DNA from: an uncultured Candidatus Saccharibacteria bacterium
GTDB lineage: Bacteria > Patescibacteriota > Minisyncoccia > Phycocordibacterales > CAYSCM01
Length of the DNA: 64,000 bases
Assembly (NCBI GenBank): GCA_964429815.1
Contig: CAYSCM010000001.1
Span: 352,001 to 416,000, forward strand
Direction: 5' to 3'
Shown: positions 28,720 through 37,589 of the stretch, piece by piece
Numbering within the stretch: position 1 is the stretch's first letter
Layout: every line of letters begins with the position of its first letter
The notes under the pieces: model-generated
What the model was told of the DNA's origin: nothing
Seen by the model: only the letters and a program-made list of their open reading frames with translations
Database searches by the model: none
Translations under genes and position numbers: made by a program

Positions 28720-29127
28720 ATGTCGGTACTGAGAGGATTCAAACAATTCATTCTCCGCGGCAACGTCATCGACCTCGCGGTCGGCGTTGTGATCGGCGCC
28801 TCGTTCAACTCTGTCGTCACCGCACTGGTGAAAGATTTGCTCACGCCGCTCATCGGCGCCATAGCAAAGGTGCCGGATTTTTCAGGCCTCAGCTTCACGA
28901 TACACGGGAGTAAGTTCATGTACGGCGACCTCCTCAACGTCGTCATTTCTTTCCTCCTGATCGCCGTTGCCGTGTACTTTTTCATTATTACGCCGATGAA
29001 CGCGCTCATTGCGCGCTCCCGCAGAGCTCCGCCGGCAGACCCGACCACCAAGAAATGCAGGGAGTGTCTCTCCGAAATCCCCCTCGATGCGCGCCGCTGC
29101 GCACATTGCACCCAGGTAGTAGTCTAG
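28720..29127 (+). CDS. mscL: large-conductance mechanosensitive channel MscL with C-terminal zinc-ribbon extension
   Basis: RGNVIDLAVGVVIGASF signature, two TM; C-terminal CRECLSEIPLDARRCAHC. Confidence 0.9.
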   Translation: MSVLRGFKQFILRGNVIDLAVGVVIGASFNSVVTALVKDLLTPLIGAIAKVPDFSGLSFTIHGSKFMYGDLLNVVISFLLIAVAVYFFIITPMNALIARSRRAPPADPTTKKCRECLSEIPLDARRCAHCTQVVV

Positions 29128-29269
29128 ACATTCCAAGGCTTACCATAAGGCTTTTATGCTGTGGAAAGCCGGAGACCACGTCGGAAGCGTCTCTGATAAA
29201 ATAGGAGTGTGCAACAAATCTTGCCCGGTCGAACGGCAAGTGATTACCCATTAACAATCTTCAATACCT

Positions 29270-29692
29270 ATGTCACTTTTTACTCCGAAAGGGTTCCTCA
29301 TGTGGGGAGGTGTCGTCCTCGTAGTGGTCGCGATCCTCGGCTACGTTGGCGTCATCGGTCCGACGGCGCAGAGCAGCATTTTCGGGAACTTCTGGTGGTT
29401 TGATAATGCGGAAAACATCGCGCACCTTGTGCTCGGCGTCGTCGCGCTCATCGCCATGTATGTCCTCTCGGCAGGCATGCAGAAGAACCTGGTGCTTCTA
29501 GTCGGCGTCGTGGGCATCCTCGTTGCTCTCTACAACCTCGTTGGCACTCAGCTACTCGGGGCGAACCTCGAAAGCCCGGCTGACCTCATCCTCCACCTTG
29601 CGGTGGGTGCGTGGGGCCTCTACGCGGGACTTCGCAAGGCTCCGATGATGGGTTCCTCGATGTCTATGGGCAGCGGGATGGGCTCCATGTAA
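29270..29692 (+). CDS. hypothetical membrane protein (4 TM) with Met/Ser/Gly-rich tail
   Basis: 140 aa; followed by a terminator. Confidence 0.55.
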   Translation: MSLFTPKGFLMWGGVVLVVVAILGYVGVIGPTAQSSIFGNFWWFDNAENIAHLVLGVVALIAMYVLSAGMQKNLVLLVGVVGILVALYNLVGTQLLGANLESPADLILHLAVGAWGLYAGLRKAPMMGSSMSMGSGMGSM

Positions 29693-29708
29693 GATTTGCC
29701 TCGCATAC

Positions 29709-29742
29709 AAAACCGCCCGGGAAATCCGGGCGGTTTTGTATT
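29709..29742 (+). terminator. rho-independent terminator
   Basis: aaaaccgcccgggaaatccgggcggttttgtatt. Confidence 0.8.
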
Positions 29743-29796
29743 GAGAGGAATTCAACTTCCTAAAACCGATACGGGAAAAGTGCTACTCTATAGGGT

Positions 29797-30207
29797 ATGG
29801 CAAATCTCAAAGACAAAGACGAAGCGTATTGGAAGAACAAGCTCACTCCCGAGCAGTACGAGGTGTTGCGAAACGCTGCGACCGAAGCTCCGTTTTCCGG
29901 AGAGCTCTACGACAACAAAGAAACCGGCATGTATCAGTGCGCCGCCTGCGGGTTTCCGCTCTTCTCTTCGAAAGATAAGTATGACTCTGGCACCGGATGG
30001 CCGTCCTTTGTGCGTCCCGTGGGGAGCGTGGAGACGGCCGACGATGGCTCTCACGGCATGCGCCGCATTGAGGTGACATGCCCGAACTGCGGAAGTCATC
30101 TCGGTCACGTCTTCGACGATGGTCCGGATCATATGCCGGATGGCTCTCCTGCGACGGGAAAGCGCTACTGCATCAATTCCTGCGCCCTCGACTTCAAACC
30201 TGAATAA
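29797..30207 (+). CDS. msrB: peptide-methionine (R)-S-oxide reductase MsrB
   Basis: Two CxxC zinc motifs (CAACGFPLF; [12 protein letters not shown]) and catalytic GWPSF. Confidence 0.92.
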   Translation: MANLKDKDEAYWKNKLTPEQYEVLRNAATEAPFSGELYDNKETGMYQCAACGFPLFSSKDKYDSGTGWPSFVRPVGSVETADDGSHGMRRIEVTCPNCGSHLGHVFDDGPDHMPDGSPATGKRYCINSCALDFKPE

Positions 30208-30258
30208 GGACTTTTGTTACCGCGCTGAAATGTCTATTATAAAAAGTATTACACTTCT

Positions 30259-30684
30259 ATGTATATAGGTATGGACATACCGATCAATTACATCGCCGTT
30301 CTCATAGCCGCCATTGCAGGAATGCTCATCGGCGCGCTGTGGTACTCGCCGCTTCTCTTTGGGAAAGTATGGATGCGGCTCATGGGGATGCAGATGGGCA
30401 TGACGCCGGAGGGGAAGAGCCGCGCCAAAATGGGTTACGCGTTCGGTTTCATAGCCGCGCTCGTCAGCGCTTATGTACTCGCGCATTTCGTGTACCTCGT
30501 CGCCACGGTCTCGCTTTCCGAGGGACTTATCCTGGGATTCTGGCTCTGGCTTGGGTTTATTGCCCCCGTCATGCTTGGCATGGTGCTCTGGGAAGGCCGG
30601 CCTTGGGGGGTCTACTTCATAAACGTCTTCTACCAGCTCGTAAGCATTCTCGCGATGTCGGTCATCCTTACCCTCTGGGTGTAG
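30259..30684 (+). CDS. DUF1761-like membrane protein
   Basis: ALWYSPLLFGKVWMRLMG motif and 4 TM helices. Confidence 0.55.
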   Translation: MYIGMDIPINYIAVLIAAIAGMLIGALWYSPLLFGKVWMRLMGMQMGMTPEGKSRAKMGYAFGFIAALVSAYVLAHFVYLVATVSLSEGLILGFWLWLGFIAPVMLGMVLWEGRPWGVYFINVFYQLVSILAMSVILTLWV

Positions 30685-31393
30685 GAATACCGGCGCTCTC
30701 AAGAAGCCTGGAAAGCTCCGCTCCCTCGATACGGCGCACCTTGCCGGAAGGAAGCTTGCCTAGGAGAATATTCCCAACGCGGATGCGCTTGAGGCTTCTC
30801 ACCTGGTAGCCGAGCGCCGCGCACATGCGTCGCACCTGGTGTTTTTTTCCCTCCGTGAGCGTGAGGCGAAAGGTGCGATCGGAGAGTCTCCTCGCCTTGG
30901 CGGGCTTGGTCGTATAGCGCTCGATACGCACGCCCTTTTCCATCTTCACGAGGTCCCCTCCGAGGACTTTTTTATCGACCGCCACCTCATACTCTTTTTC
31001 TTTGAGTGCGCCCGGCTCGAGGAGCCCGCGCACGATGCGTCCGTCGTTGCTTAGGAGGATGAGTCCTTCCGAATCTTTGTCGAGTCGGCCGATCGGGACG
31101 ACGCTTTTGGAAAATTTGGAAAGCGAAGCGATATCGCTCTGTCCCTCGGAGGGGGAATGCGTGACGATGCCGCGCGGTTTGTTGAACGCGAAGTAGACGA
31201 GCTCCTTTTGCACCGAAGCGATGTTTTTGTCGAGCTCTACGAGATCTGCTTCTCGCACGACATCGCCCAATTTTGCGACGGCGCCATTGATGCGAACGTA
31301 TCCCTTCAGTACGAGCTCGTCGGCTTTGCGTCGCGACGCGATGTGACGCTCGGCCAAATATTTATTGATGCGCACCGGAAACCGAGATGCCAT
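30668..31393 (-). CDS. pseudouridine synthase (RsuA/RluB family)
   Basis: S4 domain RINKYLAERHIASRRKADELVLKGYVRING, catalytic-Asp region GRLDKDSEGLILLSNDG. Confidence 0.85.
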   Translation of the reverse strand: MASRFPVRINKYLAERHIASRRKADELVLKGYVRINGAVAKLGDVVREADLVELDKNIASVQKELVYFAFNKPRGIVTHSPSEGQSDIASLSKFSKSVVPIGRLDKDSEGLILLSNDGRIVRGLLEPGALKEKEYEVAVDKKVLGGDLVKMEKGVRIERYTTKPAKARRLSDRTFRLTLTEGKKHQVRRMCAALGYQVRSLKRIRVGNILLGKLPSGKVRRIEGAELSRLLESAGIPTPRG

Positions 31394-31554
31394 TGCGAAA
31401 CTATACATGCTGCACTACGCTGCGCAATGCGAAATCATACGTGTGTGATTTTTATGCGTTGGCCACTGATGCAGCGAGAAGGAAGGAGTTCTGTGAAGAG
31501 GTGAGCGGGCGCGTGAAGGGCCTTTTTCCAAACGGAGCGAAAAGTTAGTATCAT

Positions 31555-32043
31555 ATGCTCATGGGGAAACTCTTGATAGGGTTCTTGGTGCTCGCGATCG
31601 GCGCGACCGCCCTCGTATTTCTCGCCGCGAACGAGGGAAGTGTGGCTCCCTACGCACAAAACGGGGCGCAGCTCACGAACATGTATCTTGGGAACCTGCC
31701 CCTTAAGGTTGAGATCGCCCGCACGGATGCCGAGCGTCGCCTTGGACTAGGCGGCCGCATCTCGCTCGAGCAAGATCAAGGCATGCTCTTCGTGTTTGAC
31801 CGTCCGCAGCGCCTCGAGTTTTGGATGAAAGACATGCATTTTCCGCTCGATATGATCTGGCTCGATCAAAATTTTATGATAGTCGATATTTCAAAGGACG
31901 TTCGGCCTGACACGTACCCGCAAACCTTCTCGCCAAAAATTCCGGCACAATATGTACTGGAAGTCAATGCCGGGGTTTCAGATAGTTTCGGTATCGGGGA
32001 GGGGACGAAGCTCACCTTCGTTAGAAATTTTTTGACGAACTGA
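31555..32043 (+). CDS. DUF192 domain protein
   Basis: N-terminal TM, then ARTDAERRLGLGGR...GMLFVF...MKDMHFPLDMIWLD pattern typical of DUF192. Confidence 0.72.
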   Translation: MLMGKLLIGFLVLAIGATALVFLAANEGSVAPYAQNGAQLTNMYLGNLPLKVEIARTDAERRLGLGGRISLEQDQGMLFVFDRPQRLEFWMKDMHFPLDMIWLDQNFMIVDISKDVRPDTYPQTFSPKIPAQYVLEVNAGVSDSFGIGEGTKLTFVRNFLTN

Positions 32044-32057
32044 CCGCACGTTAAGCG

Positions 32058-32101
32058 CCGCCGCGGCGCCCGAGCTTCGGGCGCCGCGGTCCCCATTTTT
32101 T
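32058..32101 (+). terminator. rho-independent terminator
   Basis: ccgcggcgcccgagcttcgggcgccgcgg + tccccatttttt. Confidence 0.8.
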
Positions 32102-32218
32102 AAGAATTTCCGAAGGATTGACCCCTGTATATACACGTGTCGAAATACATTGTCCACAATTTTCCACCGAGCATCACAGACGTACAATGGGACGACTTTA
32201 GTAGATTGTTATTTATCC

Positions 32219-34615
32219 ATGGAGGCACAGCAAAAGTCGATGAGCGCGCAGGAGCTTGTGAAGGACCAAGTCGATCAATTACTCAATGCTCCCGCCGTCG
32301 AGGAGGAGCCGAGGCTCATTTCTTCGCAGGATTACACGAAATTCGTGCCGAGCGTTCAGAAACGCGACGCTTCTATCGCGATTTTCGACTTCCAAAAGAT
32401 AGTCCGGGCCATCCACAAGGCCATGATCGCCTCCAATGAAGGCTCGCTTGGCGAAGCGGAGATCGTCGCGCATAAGGTGATGAGCGACATCACCCGCATC
32501 GCACGCAAATACAAGACTTTCATGCCCACCGTGGAGGGCATCCAAGACACCGTCGAGACCGAGCTCATGTTCTCCGACTACACGGCGACGGCGAAAAACT
32601 ACATCATCTATAGACAGAAGCGCTCTGAGCTCCGCTCGATCGGCGTCATCGTGCCCGAGCATGTGCGCAAACTCTCCGAAGAGTCCGCGACGTATTTCAA
32701 AGATAATCCCTTAGGCGAGTTCGTGTACCTGCGCACGTACGCGAAGTGGGTCGAAAGCGAAAACCGCCGCGAAACATGGATCGAGACCGTCGATCGCTAC
32801 GTGAACTTTATGAAAAAGAATCTTGGCGACAAGCTCACGGCTGACGAGTACGCCGAAGTGCGCGAGGCCATACTCAAACAAGAAGCAATGCCCTCGATGC
32901 GCCTCCTTCAGTTCGCCGGCCCCGCGGTCGAGCGCTGCAACGTCGGCGCATACAACTGCTCCTTCATCGCGCCAAGCAAGCTCGAAGACTTCGCGGAGAT
33001 CATGTACGTCTCGATGTGCGGCACCGGTGCGGGCTACTCGGTCGAGAGCGCCAATATCCAGGAGCTCCCGCTCATCAAAAAGCAGACCGGCGAGAAACTT
33101 CCCTCTCATATCATCGGCGACAGCAAGGAAGGCTGGTGTGATGCACTCACTCTTGGGCTCAAGGTGTGGTTTGACGGCAAGGACGTCGACTTCGACTACT
33201 CGCTCATCCGTCCCGCAGGGGCCCGTCTCAAGACGATGGGCGGCAAAGCTTCCGGTCCCGAGCCCCTTCGAAACCTCCTTACTTTCGCTAGGCAGACCAT
33301 CATGGCCCGCCAAGGGCGCCGTCTCAGCAACCTCGATGCGCACGACATGATCTGCAAGATAGGAGACTGCGTCGTTGCCGGCGGGGTACGTCGCAGCGCC
33401 ATGATCTCGCTTTCGGACCTCGACGATGAGGGCGTGCGCGACGCAAAACGAGGACAGTTCTACCTGACGCATCCGCATCGAGCACTCGCCAATAACTCCG
33501 CAGTCTACGAACACAAGCCGACGGCATCGGAATTCATGCAGGAGTGGCTCTCACTCGTTCAAAGCGGCTCTGGCGAGCGCGGCATCTTCAACCGCGGCTC
33601 GCTTGAGAAGCAGCTTCCGAAGCGCCGCTCCGAACTTCTACGAAAAAAATACGGCGAGGACGGGGCGAACCCCATTGGCCGCCTCGGTACCAACCCTTGC
33701 GGCGAAATCATTCTCCAGAGCAAACAGTTCTGCAATCTCTCGGAGGTCGTCTGTCGCGCCGATGACACGGAAGAGACACTACTGCGAAAGATGCGCGTCG
33801 CCGCTATTTTGGGCACCTACCAATCGACCCTTACCGATTTCAAATATCTGTCGAAGGAGTGGCGGGAAAACTGCGAGCGTGAGCGGCTGCTTGGCGTATC
33901 GCTCACTGGCCAGTGGGATTCCCCGGTCGTCCAGGAAGACAAGATGCTTGAAAAACTACGCACGCGGGCCGTCGAGGTGAACCGAACCTACGCTAAGCGT
34001 TTCGGTATCGCACAGAGCAGTGCTATCACGTGCGTCAAACCCTCCGGCACGCTCTCGCAAATGGTCAACTGCGCTTCCGGCATGCATCCGCGCCATAGCC
34101 CCTACTACATCCGCCGCATCCGCATCAGCGCCACCGACTCGCTCTTCAAGATGCTCAAAGACCAGGGCGTGCCGTACCACCCCGAGGTTGGGCAGAGCAT
34201 AGAGACCGCGAACACCTACGTACTCGAGTTTCCGGTCAAAGCACCCGAGCACACAAAAGTCTTTAAGAATGATCTCACTGCGCTCAAACAGCTCAATCAC
34301 TGGAAGCAAGTGAAAAGTCACTACACTGAGCACAATCCTTCCGTCACCGTATCGGTGGGGGAAAGCGAATGGGTCGATGTCGCCCACTGGCTCTACAACA
34401 ACTGGGACATCATCGGCGGCCTCTCATTTCTGCCACGCGAAGACCATGTCTACCAGCTCGCACCATACGAGGCCATCACGAAGGAACAATATGAGGAGAT
34501 GAGCAAGCGTTTCGTGAACGTTGACTACAGCAAGCTCGTCACCTACGAGCTGCGCGACGAGACCGAGATGAAAAAGGAGCTTGCCTGCGCTGGCGGCGTG
34601 TGCGAGATTGTGTAA
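32219..34615 (+). CDS. nrdJ: ribonucleotide reductase, class II (adenosylcobalamin-dependent, NrdJ-type)
   Basis: ~799 aa; ATP-cone-like N-terminus (VQKRDASIAIFDFQKIVRAIHKAM), class II RNR core without class I R2 partner features; the ORF-track start at 32150 is a TTG, ATG 32219 preferred. Confidence 0.82.
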   Translation: MEAQQKSMSAQELVKDQVDQLLNAPAVEEEPRLISSQDYTKFVPSVQKRDASIAIFDFQKIVRAIHKAMIASNEGSLGEAEIVAHKVMSDITRIARKYKTFMPTVEGIQDTVETELMFSDYTATAKNYIIYRQKRSELRSIGVIVPEHVRKLSEESATYFKDNPLGEFVYLRTYAKWVESENRRETWIETVDRYVNFMKKNLGDKLTADEYAEVREAILKQEAMPSMRLLQFAGPAVERCNVGAYNCSFIAPSKLEDFAEIMYVSMCGTGAGYSVESANIQELPLIKKQTGEKLPSHIIGDSKEGWCDALTLGLKVWFDGKDVDFDYSLIRPAGARLKTMGGKASGPEPLRNLLTFARQTIMARQGRRLSNLDAHDMICKIGDCVVAGGVRRSAMISLSDLDDEGVRDAKRGQFYLTHPHRALANNSAVYEHKPTASEFMQEWLSLVQSGSGERGIFNRGSLEKQLPKRRSELLRKKYGEDGANPIGRLGTNPCGEIILQSKQFCNLSEVVCRADDTEETLLRKMRVAAILGTYQSTLTDFKYLSKEWRENCERERLLGVSLTGQWDSPVVQEDKMLEKLRTRAVEVNRTYAKRFGIAQSSAITCVKPSGTLSQMVNCASGMHPRHSPYYIRRIRISATDSLFKMLKDQGVPYHPEVGQSIETANTYVLEFPVKAPEHTKVFKNDLTALKQLNHWKQVKSHYTEHNPSVTVSVGESEWVDVAHWLYNNWDIIGGLSFLPREDHVYQLAPYEAITKEQYEEMSKRFVNVDYSKLVTYELRDETEMKKELACAGGVCEIV

Positions 34616-34630
34616 CACCTCGCTCCCCTG

Positions 34631-34672
34631 ATACAACAACTGCCTGCGATCGCGGGCAGTTGTTGTATTTGT
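34631..34672 (+). terminator. rho-independent terminator after nrdJ
   Basis: atacaacaactgcctgcgatcgcgggcagttgttgtat + ttgt. Confidence 0.7.
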
Positions 34673-34694
34673 AAAAAGATGGTATAGTATTCCC

Positions 34695-35166
34695 CGTGCA
34701 CCGGATAATCGCGCACCCCAAAGGAATTTGAGGAGGTGAGGAAAGTCCGAACACAGCCGAGCACCTGTAAGGTCGTAGTGCCGCAGGGATGCACTATTGC
34801 TTTACAGGTGCTCGGAGCAGGTAGCGTCCTAAGCTTTCGCTCTGCGAAAGCCGGATCCGACACTCGCAAGAGTGTTCAGGAGGTAACGCCCGTCCACCGT
34901 AAGGTGCGAGATGCGAACAGAAACGTCGATGCCGAAAGGCTAGAGTCCCCTCGGGGATTGTCTCGTCGAGAGGCGAGGATGAAACGGCTAAACTCTTACT
35001 TCTGTGCAAGGCCGCGTCGAGCACCTTTAAGGTTGTATTGGAGCAAGAATCAATATTGCTTTAAAGGTGCTCGAAGTGCCGCTTGAACCGCACAGCGATG
35101 TGTGGTCCAGATAAATGATTATCGTCCGCCACTGGCGGATACAGAATTCGGCTTACAGGTGCACGC
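34695..35166 (+). ncRNA. rnpB: RNase P RNA (bacterial type A)
   Basis: GAGGAAAGTCCGAACAC (P4 5' strand), AAGGCTAGAGTCC, ACAGAATTCGGCTTACAGG (P4 3' strand) in canonical order; P1 helix cgtgcacc...ggtgcacg; followed by a terminator. ORF-track ORFs here are spurious. Confidence 0.85.
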
Positions 35167-35178
35167 ACAAATGATGAA

Positions 35179-35205
35179 GGCCCGCGAAAGCGGGCCTTTG
35201 TCGTT
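35179..35205 (+). terminator. rho-independent terminator after rnpB
   Basis: ggcccgcgaaagcgggcc + tttgtcgttt. Confidence 0.7.
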
Positions 35206-35283
35206 TAACCACAGGAATGCCTGTGGGGGCAGGAACCGTCGAGGTATACTTCCTGTATTACTTTTTAAGAGTTAGAGAGATTT

Positions 35284-37587
35284 ATGAGCACGTCGCGATT
35301 GCCCACCTACCTTCTTCTTATAGGACTCCTTCTTTCTCCCCTCTTTTTCATTCCGTCTGTCACCATACCCTTCGTTTTTGCCAAGGTGCATGTGCTGACC
35401 CTCCTTAGCTCTCTGGCGTTTCTTATCGCCGTCGTCGTCGCACTGCGGCGGCGGGCGGTATCGCTTACGTTTCATCCTGTCCTTCTCGCGCTCTGGACGG
35501 TCGTCGCCGCGTACCTCGTCTCAGCCCTCCTTACCAAAGCGCCGATGCTCTCGCTGGTGGGAATGCGCTTCGACGTGGATACCGTGGCATTCATGGCGCT
35601 TGCGGCGTTTTCAGCGACGCTCTGCGCTCACCTTTTCTCGGAGCGGCGGCACTTGTCGCTTCTCCTGCGGGGAGCCGCCATCGTCGCCGCGCTCGGCGGC
35701 CTTTTTGTGGGCGCGAGGCTCCTTTTCGGAGTTGGGTTTTTGGGCTTCGGGTTTTTCACCGATAAAACGAGCAATTTCTTCGGCAGTTGGAACGACCTTG
35801 CTCTTCTCTCCGGACTCTCAGCGATTCTTTGCCTCAATGCACTTCGCTCCGCGACGCTCGTCGGAGCGAAAAAAGTCCTGGTTATCGTGGGACTCGTCGC
35901 TTCGATCTTCTTCCTCGCTATCACCAACTACTTCACGGCGCTCCTCGTCGTCGCGGTAGTCTCGGCGGCCTTCTTCCTTCTCGAGATGCTCTCTTCGATA
36001 CGCGCACGCTCGACGGCGTCACTCTTCCACCTTTTTCCGATTTTCGCCCTCCTCACCGCGCTCGTGGCGGGCCTCTTCGCTTTTGAGAGCGGTATCGGCG
36101 GGTCCTTGGCGACCTCGGTCGGCATCTCCCAGCTCGAGGCGCGACCCTCCTGGGTCACCACGTTTGACATCGGCAAGGCGACCCTTAACGCTAACCCGCT
36201 CTTTGGCTCCGGACCAAACACGTTCGTGCGGGATTGGCTTCTCAATAAGCCCGCCGAGGTCAACACGACGGCGTTCTGGGCCGCCGACTTCATTCAAGGT
36301 GTCGGCACTATCCCAACCGGCTTTATCACGACCGGCATCGTGGGCACTGCTTTCTACGCAATATTCCTTCTCCTCCTCGTTCTTGCGAGCGTCCAATTCT
36401 TTGTTCGCTCCGGTCAGGCCTCCGGCGGAAGCTTCTACAGCACCACCTTCGCCCTTGCCGCTCTCTATCTCGTGCTCTTCACGTTCCTCTATACCCCCTC
36501 ACCGATACTCGTTCTCAGCGCGTACGCTTCCGTCGGACTCTTCATCGCCGCGCTCATCGCCGAAGGCTTCTTGATGAAGCGGCAAATCTCCCTTGCGATG
36601 CCGACGTGGGGGAGCTATCTCATGCAGCTTGCCATGGCGCTTGCGATAATCACGACCGTCGCCTATCTCGGCGAGAGCGGTATGCGGTTCATCGCTGCAC
36701 TGCAAGCCGGTCAGGCCTCCGCGGACATACAAGCGGGCGACGTGGTGAACGCAAAGCGTCATAGCGCCTCCGCTCTCTCCTTGGCGCACGTCGACGAGTA
36801 TGAGCGACTTGCGGCTCTCGCGAATCTTGCGGCGCTTCGTGACCTGGTCAACAAGAAAAATCCAACCGACGAGAACAAGGCGCAGGCGCAGCAAGAGTTG
36901 TCTGAGGCCGTTGCCCATGTTACGGCGGCCGTAAACGACAATAGCCAGAACTACCAAAACTGGCTCGCGCTCGCGCAGGTTTACATAACCGTGCTGCCTC
37001 TCCAGGTCCAAGGCGCCTACGAAAATGCCAAAACGGCATTGGGGAAGGCGATCGAGCTTGCTCCCAAAAACCCGGACCTCGAGCTTGCGTTCGCCCAGCT
37101 CGAGCTCGGCCAAAACAATACCGTCGAGGGACGAAAGCACCTCACCAACTCCCTCTCGCTCAAAGGAAACTACACCGCGGCGATTTACCTCCTGGCGCAG
37201 CTTGATATAGCCGAGGGCAAGTCTGATGAAGCACTCCAGGCGCTCGCGGTCGCCCAACAACTCATCCCCAACGAACCCTCCGTCTACTTCATGGCGGGCT
37301 ACCTTTTCTACGCGCGAAACGACGACAAAAACGCCATAGGAGCGCTCAAAGAGGCCGTCGCACTCAACAAGGACTACGCCAATGCGCACTACTTCCTCGG
37401 TCTTGCTCTCGCCCGTTCGGGTGACAGTGCCGGCGCCATTGCAGAATTCGAAGGGCTTGCGGCAGGTAACCCTGACAACGCCGATGTCGCGGCGATACTT
37501 AAGAATCTAAAAGCGGGGAAGCCGCCCTTCGCCGCGCAGACTCAGAGGCCGACCAAGAACTCGCCGCTTCCCATCAAGGGTGAATAA
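35284..37587 (+). CDS. O-antigen ligase-like polytopic membrane protein with C-terminal TPR repeats
   Basis: 767 aa; >12 TM helices, large loop, C-terminal TPR-like repeats. Confidence 0.62.
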   Translation: MSTSRLPTYLLLIGLLLSPLFFIPSVTIPFVFAKVHVLTLLSSLAFLIAVVVALRRRAVSLTFHPVLLALWTVVAAYLVSALLTKAPMLSLVGMRFDVDTVAFMALAAFSATLCAHLFSERRHLSLLLRGAAIVAALGGLFVGARLLFGVGFLGFGFFTDKTSNFFGSWNDLALLSGLSAILCLNALRSATLVGAKKVLVIVGLVASIFFLAITNYFTALLVVAVVSAAFFLLEMLSSIRARSTASLFHLFPIFALLTALVAGLFAFESGIGGSLATSVGISQLEARPSWVTTFDIGKATLNANPLFGSGPNTFVRDWLLNKPAEVNTTAFWAADFIQGVGTIPTGFITTGIVGTAFYAIFLLLLVLASVQFFVRSGQASGGSFYSTTFALAALYLVLFTFLYTPSPILVLSAYASVGLFIAALIAEGFLMKRQISLAMPTWGSYLMQLAMALAIITTVAYLGESGMRFIAALQAGQASADIQAGDVVNAKRHSASALSLAHVDEYERLAALANLAALRDLVNKKNPTDENKAQAQQELSEAVAHVTAAVNDNSQNYQNWLALAQVYITVLPLQVQGAYENAKTALGKAIELAPKNPDLELAFAQLELGQNNTVEGRKHLTNSLSLKGNYTAAIYLLAQLDIAEGKSDEALQALAVAQQLIPNEPSVYFMAGYLFYARNDDKNAIGALKEAVALNKDYANAHYFLGLALARSGDSAGAIAEFEGLAAGNPDNADVAAILKNLKAGKPPFAAQTQRPTKNSPLPIKGE

Positions 37588-37589
37588 GG

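Noticed and set aside
32150-32218. TTG start at 32150 for nrdJ
   Set aside because: Non-ATG start; the in-frame ATG at 32219 precedes the conserved ATP-cone-like segment, so 32219 is preferred (not certain).
34543-35086. ORF-track ORFs 34736-35086 (+), 34794-35024 (-), 34543-34869 (-)
   Set aside because: They lie inside the RNase P RNA gene; no protein features.
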